A stretch of 43,126 nt of DNA from an uncultured Bacilli bacterium (lineage in GTDB: Bacteria; Bacillota_I; Bacilli_A; RF39; UBA660): the NCBI GenBank assembly GCA_944358735.1, contig CALVRT010000062.1:1-43126 (forward strand), given 5' to 3'. The position numbers were made by a program, and so were the translations under genes. The stretch's first letter is position 1, and every line of letters starts with the position of its first letter. Below the pieces are notes generated by a model, which made no database searches, was not told the DNA's origin, and saw nothing but the letters and a program-made list of their open reading frames with translations. Of the stretch, positions 39,274 to 43,126 are shown piece after piece.

Positions 39274-40158
39274 TTAATCAATTGTAATCAATTCATATTC
39301 CCTGCTACCAACACCAAGTTCTGTTGCCGCCTCAACTGTATGAACACCGTGACGTGTTTCAATTCTTTCTATTAACTTATCTTTACCTGGGTCAGTACTA
39401 TTATAAACCAAATCAAGACAAGCTTGGTCTACAGCAACAGGGTCAAGGCTAGCTAAAATACCAATATCCTGCATACAAGGTGCAGAAGCATTACCATCAC
39501 AATCACAATCAACAGAAAGATTTTTCATAACATTAATATATGCCGCATTGCCTTTAAAATAATTAACAACACTTAAAGCCGCGTCGGCCATAGCTTCTAG
39601 GAAATGGTCTTGTTCTGGTAAATTATTCCATAACTCTTTTTGGTCGCTAACTTTACCAGCAGTATGAATTAAAGTTTTACCAGCTGATGATGCGCAGCCA
39701 ATTGAAAGTTGTTTTAAAGCTCCACCATAGCCACCCATAGCATGACCTTTAAAATGTGATAAAACAAGTAATGAATCATATTTAGCTAAATCTTTACCAA
39801 CATAATTTTTCTTTAAAATTTTACCGTTTGGCACATCAAGTTCCATATCTGGCCCTTCAGCATCTAATAAATCAAACGGAAAATATTTTTCCCACTCGTG
39901 TTCTTTAATTAATTCACGATGTTTTTCAGTTGAGTTTCTTGCGCCTTCATAAGCAGTATTACACTCAACAACTGTTCCATTTACGTGATTAATAACATCT
40001 TTAACAAATTCTGCTCGTAAATAGTTTTGATTTCCTTTTTCACCAGAATGCATTTTAACAGCTACTTTCCCTGGTAATTTAATACCTAAAGCTTCATAAG
40101 CTTTAATAATGTTTTCTGGAGTAATCTCCTTAATAAAATAAACTTTTGATTTTTCCAT
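39274..40158 (-). CDS. DUF362 family Fe-S protein
   Basis: VAVKMHSGE, SHFKGH, GGALKQLSIGCAS, DCDC, DPVAVDQAC. Confidence 0.88.
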   Translation of the reverse strand: MEKSKVYFIKEITPENIIKAYEALGIKLPGKVAVKMHSGEKGNQNYLRAEFVKDVINHVNGTVVECNTAYEGARNSTEKHRELIKEHEWEKYFPFDLLDAEGPDMELDVPNGKILKKNYVGKDLAKYDSLLVLSHFKGHAMGGYGGALKQLSIGCASSAGKTLIHTAGKVSDQKELWNNLPEQDHFLEAMADAALSVVNYFKGNAAYINVMKNLSVDCDCDGNASAPCMQDIGILASLDPVAVDQACLDLVYNSTDPGKDKLIERIETRHGVHTVEAATELGVGSREYELITID

Positions 40159-40176
40159 TATAATTCTCCTTTCCTT

Positions 40177-40965
40177 TTAATGGCCTTCGCCTTCAATAAT
40201 CATTGCCCGAAGTATTCCAGCAGTTTCATATTTTCTTTTCCCCGCGCCAATTCCTACTTTAACAATTTCATAATTATTAGGTAACTTATCACCAGTTTTA
40301 ATCGCGGCAATTGTCGCTGCTCCCGTTGGTGTAACTAGTTCACCTTCAACATCTGTTAAATGAAGATTTAACTTATAGTCACTAACAATATTTAAAGTAG
40401 CTGGCGCCGGAATTGGAATTAATCCGTGCTGACAGCGAATCATCCCCTTTCCTTCATATAAAGGGGAAACAACTACTTCAGACAAATTCAAATAATCAAG
40501 GCAAAAGGCAATAGCGATAATATCGACAATTGAGTCGGTCGCTCCAACTTCGTGAAAATGAACCTCATCAATTTTCGTTCCGTGAACTTTAGCTTCGGCT
40601 TCAGCTAAAATTTTGAATATTTTTTTAGCTATTTTTTTCGCCTTTTCACTAACTTGCGTTTCATCGATTATTTTTTTAATTTCTTTAAGTCCACGGTGCG
40701 AATGATGGTGCTCGTGATGATGTGAATGTCCGTGTAAGTACTCCATATCATGGTCGTGATTATCTTCTTTTAAAATAACATTAAAATCATTTGCTAACAA
40801 CCCTGATTTTTTGACTTCGGTTATTTCAATATCAAAGTCTTTAACCGGGATTGATTGTAGTGCTTTAATTAATTTTTCTTTTGGTACACCTAGACCAATT
40901 AAAGCAGCCACTGTCATATCACCACTGATACCGGAATAGCACTCTAAATAAAGCTTTTGCTTAAT
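40177..40965 (-). CDS. larC: nickel insertion protein LarC, N-terminal half only, apparent ATT start
   Basis: LYLECYSGISGDM, His-rich stretch, HFHEVGATDSIVDI, ELVTPTGA. Confidence 0.85.
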   Translation of the reverse strand: MKQKLYLECYSGISGDMTVAALIGLGVPKEKLIKALQSIPVKDFDIEITEVKKSGLLANDFNVILKEDNHDHDMEYLHGHSHHHEHHHSHRGLKEIKKIIDETQVSEKAKKIAKKIFKILAEAEAKVHGTKIDEVHFHEVGATDSIVDIIAIAFCLDYLNLSEVVVSPLYEGKGMIRCQHGLIPIPAPATLNIVSDYKLNLHLTDVEGELVTPTGAATIAAIKTGDKLPNNYEIVKVGIGAGKRKYETAGILRAMIIEGEGH

Positions 40966-41034
40966 AATATCATCTCCTTTCAGTCTATTAATTACATTAT
41001 ACTAATTGGAGTAAACTTTAAGTCAAGCCTTTTT

Positions 41035-41724
41035 TTATAAATTATCAATTTCCTCGACATAAGTATTATAAGTGCTTTCTAAATCTGAATTATAAAATAT
41101 TAAAGTATTATTAACTATTTGCCACTGACTACTATTAGCAATTAGAAAATCAATTACCTTTTCTTGCTTATTTAAAATTTCTTTCATTTTATCAATATCA
41201 GTCTTTACTTCATTTGTCATATTAATATTTAAGTCTTCATTATTAATTAGTTTTTTAAAATAATTTTTATAATAATTACTAACATCCTCATTATCAATAT
41301 ATTCATTTATTTTTTCATCAGTAAAAGCACTTTGATAATTCTCATAATTTTCATCTAAACTATCTTTCATTTCTTGAAAATAGTTTTTGGTATTTACAAA
41401 ACCAGGACCATCATTTAAATAATTACTTATCGTTAAATTATTACTAATTTGCTTATTATTTAAAGCATTATTAACATTATTATATAGTCCATTAACTTCT
41501 TTTAAATAAGCTTTTAACTGTTTTTCAACTATTTCATAATCACCAGAGCTTACAATACTTTCATTTGGCTCTCCGCCACTTGTTAAAGCAAGTTGATAAT
41601 TAATTATTTCGGTTTCTAACTGTTCTTCAACATTTAAATCTCTTACGACAAAATAAGCAACGATTAATGAAAAAACAAATAAAACAATTATGGTAGCTAA
41701 TATTATTTTAGTTTTAGTTTGCAT
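41035..41724 (-). CDS. membrane-anchored hypothetical protein (paralog of 34055-34786)
   Basis: Shares motif blocks with the paralog; SD GAGGTGG before ATG at 41724. Confidence 0.8.
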   Translation of the reverse strand: MQTKTKIILATIIVLFVFSLIVAYFVVRDLNVEEQLETEIINYQLALTSGGEPNESIVSSGDYEIVEKQLKAYLKEVNGLYNNVNNALNNKQISNNLTISNYLNDGPGFVNTKNYFQEMKDSLDENYENYQSAFTDEKINEYIDNEDVSNYYKNYFKKLINNEDLNINMTNEVKTDIDKMKEILNKQEKVIDFLIANSSQWQIVNNTLIFYNSDLESTYNTYVEEIDNL

Positions 41725-41846
41725 AATACCACCTCTATTATAATCAAATAATAACAACTTTTAAACTTTTTGTCAATTTTATAATGGTCCAAAAAAATAC
41801 TTTTAATCAAAAACTCCGCTTCTATTTTAAGAAACGGAGATAAGTT

Positions 41847-42494
41847 TTATTTTCGTTCACCAAAAATACTTAACAACTGTATAAATAAGTTAATATAATC
41901 TAAATATAAATCTAGTGCTCCATAAATAGCTAAATTATCTTCATTTATCATATTGAGTTTACCAAGTCTAATTATTTGCTGAACATCATAAGCAGTTAGT
42001 CCAATAAAGATAAGAATTAAGACAATAGAAATAATTAAATCAAAAGTTGAATTTTGTAAGAAAATATTAACAACAATACAAATAAGTACAGCTATTAAAG
42101 CCATAAATAGAAATGTTCCTAGTTTACTTAAATCAACCTTTGTAACCGCTCCGATAAAAGCAAAAATAGCAAAGACAACAGCGGTAATCAGGAACACATA
42201 TATAATAGAAGTAAGTTCATAAGCAAGAAAAATAGTTCCAAATGTTATTCCAGTAACAAAAGAATAAAGTAAAAATGAAATTCTAGCCGTAACCGGACTC
42301 ATTTTCATAATTCTGGCTGACAAAAAGATAACTAGGGCGATTTCAATTATTACAACAATTAAAAGCCCCCAACCAGAAACAATATTTAAAACGGTATATG
42401 GATAATAAGTAGCTAAAATATACCCTACCGCAAAGGTTACTAATAAACCAATAAACATCCAAGTAAATACTTTTGGTAAAATTTGTTTTGACAT
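41847..42494 (-). CDS. Bax inhibitor-1/YccA family membrane protein
   Basis: Multiple TM helices, LTAYDVQ, ALDLYLDYINLF. Confidence 0.92.
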   Translation of the reverse strand: MSKQILPKVFTWMFIGLLVTFAVGYILATYYPYTVLNIVSGWGLLIVVIIEIALVIFLSARIMKMSPVTARISFLLYSFVTGITFGTIFLAYELTSIIYVFLITAVVFAIFAFIGAVTKVDLSKLGTFLFMALIAVLICIVVNIFLQNSTFDLIISIVLILIFIGLTAYDVQQIIRLGKLNMINEDNLAIYGALDLYLDYINLFIQLLSIFGERK

Positions 42495-42595
42495 TTTTTT
42501 CGCCTCCTTATATAGTATTATACCATTTTTATAGTATTTTTAATACTTTTATTAGTAATTATCCGCAACAATTTTCACTTTTTTCATATAATAAA

Positions 42596-42624
42596 TTGAC
42601 AAATATGAAAATATATAATAAAAT
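42596..42624 (+). promoter_or_regulatory. sigma-A promoter of tRNA-Cys
   Basis: TTGACA-N17-TAAAAT. Confidence 0.75.
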
Positions 42625-42639
42625 TATATTGTCTTATTT

Positions 42640-42713
42640 GGGTCTATAGCCAAGTGGTAAGGCATGGGACTGCAACTCCCTGAGCGTTGGTTCAAATCCG
42701 ACTAGGCCCTCCA
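42640..42713 (+). tRNA. tRNA-Cys(GCA)
   Basis: Acceptor GGGTCTA/TAGGCCC, anticodon loop CT-GCA-AC, T-loop TTCAAAT, encoded CCA. Confidence 0.95.
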
Positions 42714-42725
42714 ATAAGTAATTAT

Positions 42726-42752
42726 CCCTTGAATTTTCAAGGGTTTTTGTAT
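42726..42752 (+). terminator. hairpin downstream of tRNA-Cys
   Basis: CCCTTGA-ATTT-TCAAGGG followed by TTTTT. Confidence 0.75.
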
Positions 42753-42875
42753 GTCATTTTTTGTTTTTTAATCACTACATCGCAGTGTAAAAATATTGTA
42801 AACTATGATAATTTTATATTGTTCTTATGATAAAAATACTATATAATTTAATTATAGTAGTGAGGAGATGTTTTT

Positions 42876-43126
42876 ATGAGATGTAATAATTGTGGAACTA
42901 TTAATGAAAATAATGCAACTATATGTATAAATTGTAAATCACCATTATCAAGAGTAACTAATCAACCCCAAAACATAGTTCCTAATCAAACTGTAAACAA
43001 TAACGTTCAGGCCAGGCCTAATATAACAAACAATAATGTTCAGGCTAATCCTAGTATGACAAACAACAATGTTCAGGCTAATCCTAGTATGACAAACAAC
43101 AATGTTCAGGCTAATCCTAGTATGAC
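42876..43126 (+). CDS. zinc-ribbon domain protein with N/Q-rich repeats, 3' truncated by window edge
   Basis: SD GAGGAG; translation MRCNNCGTINENNATICINCKSPL... Confidence 0.85.
   Translation, partial: MRCNNCGTINENNATICINCKSPLSRVTNQPQNIVPNQTVNNNVQARPNITNNNVQANPSMTNNNVQANPSMTNNNVQANPSM
42996..43126 (+). repeat. 33-bp coding tandem repeat, about 4 copies
   Basis: Unit AACAAYAATGTTCAGGCTAATCCTAGTATGACA encodes NNNVQANPSMT; first copy diverged. Confidence 0.92.

Overview
This is an AT-rich chromosomal window from a walled, code-11 Bacilli-type bacterium; the gene content resembles gut RF39-like Bacilli, which is an inference. The left part (1-13 kb) is core genome: the tail of an Rpn-type nuclease, a CapA-family protein, a lipoprotein, cls, a short division cluster (mraZ-rsmH-ftsL-pbp), a P-type ATPase, ArsR/SmtB plus a ZIP transporter, gltX and tRNA-Gly(GCC). 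Directly after tRNA-Gly lies an integrase-less, decaying island (about 13.0-24.45 kb). It carries a KilA-N pseudogene, an unknown-domain/P-loop kinase fusion, rhuM and yhcG relics, a GNAT, an LRR + transglutaminase pair, a HExxH peptidase, AIPR, a truncated DNA methyltransferase and a yhcG pseudogene. The right part is a mixed accessory/housekeeping stretch: an HD-kinase fusion, a chimeric ABC gene, ogt, a Ca-ATPase, a two-component system with ABC transporter, an ART-like protein, DUF362, half of larC, Bax inhibitor-1, tRNA-Cys(GCA) and a repeat-containing zinc-ribbon ORF. The most striking signal is that three unrelated island gene families (KilA-N, YhcG, RhuM) each carry an in-frame DNA palindrome, and the two tiny intergenic relics span exactly that palindromic segment. 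All calls are by eye; no database search was run.
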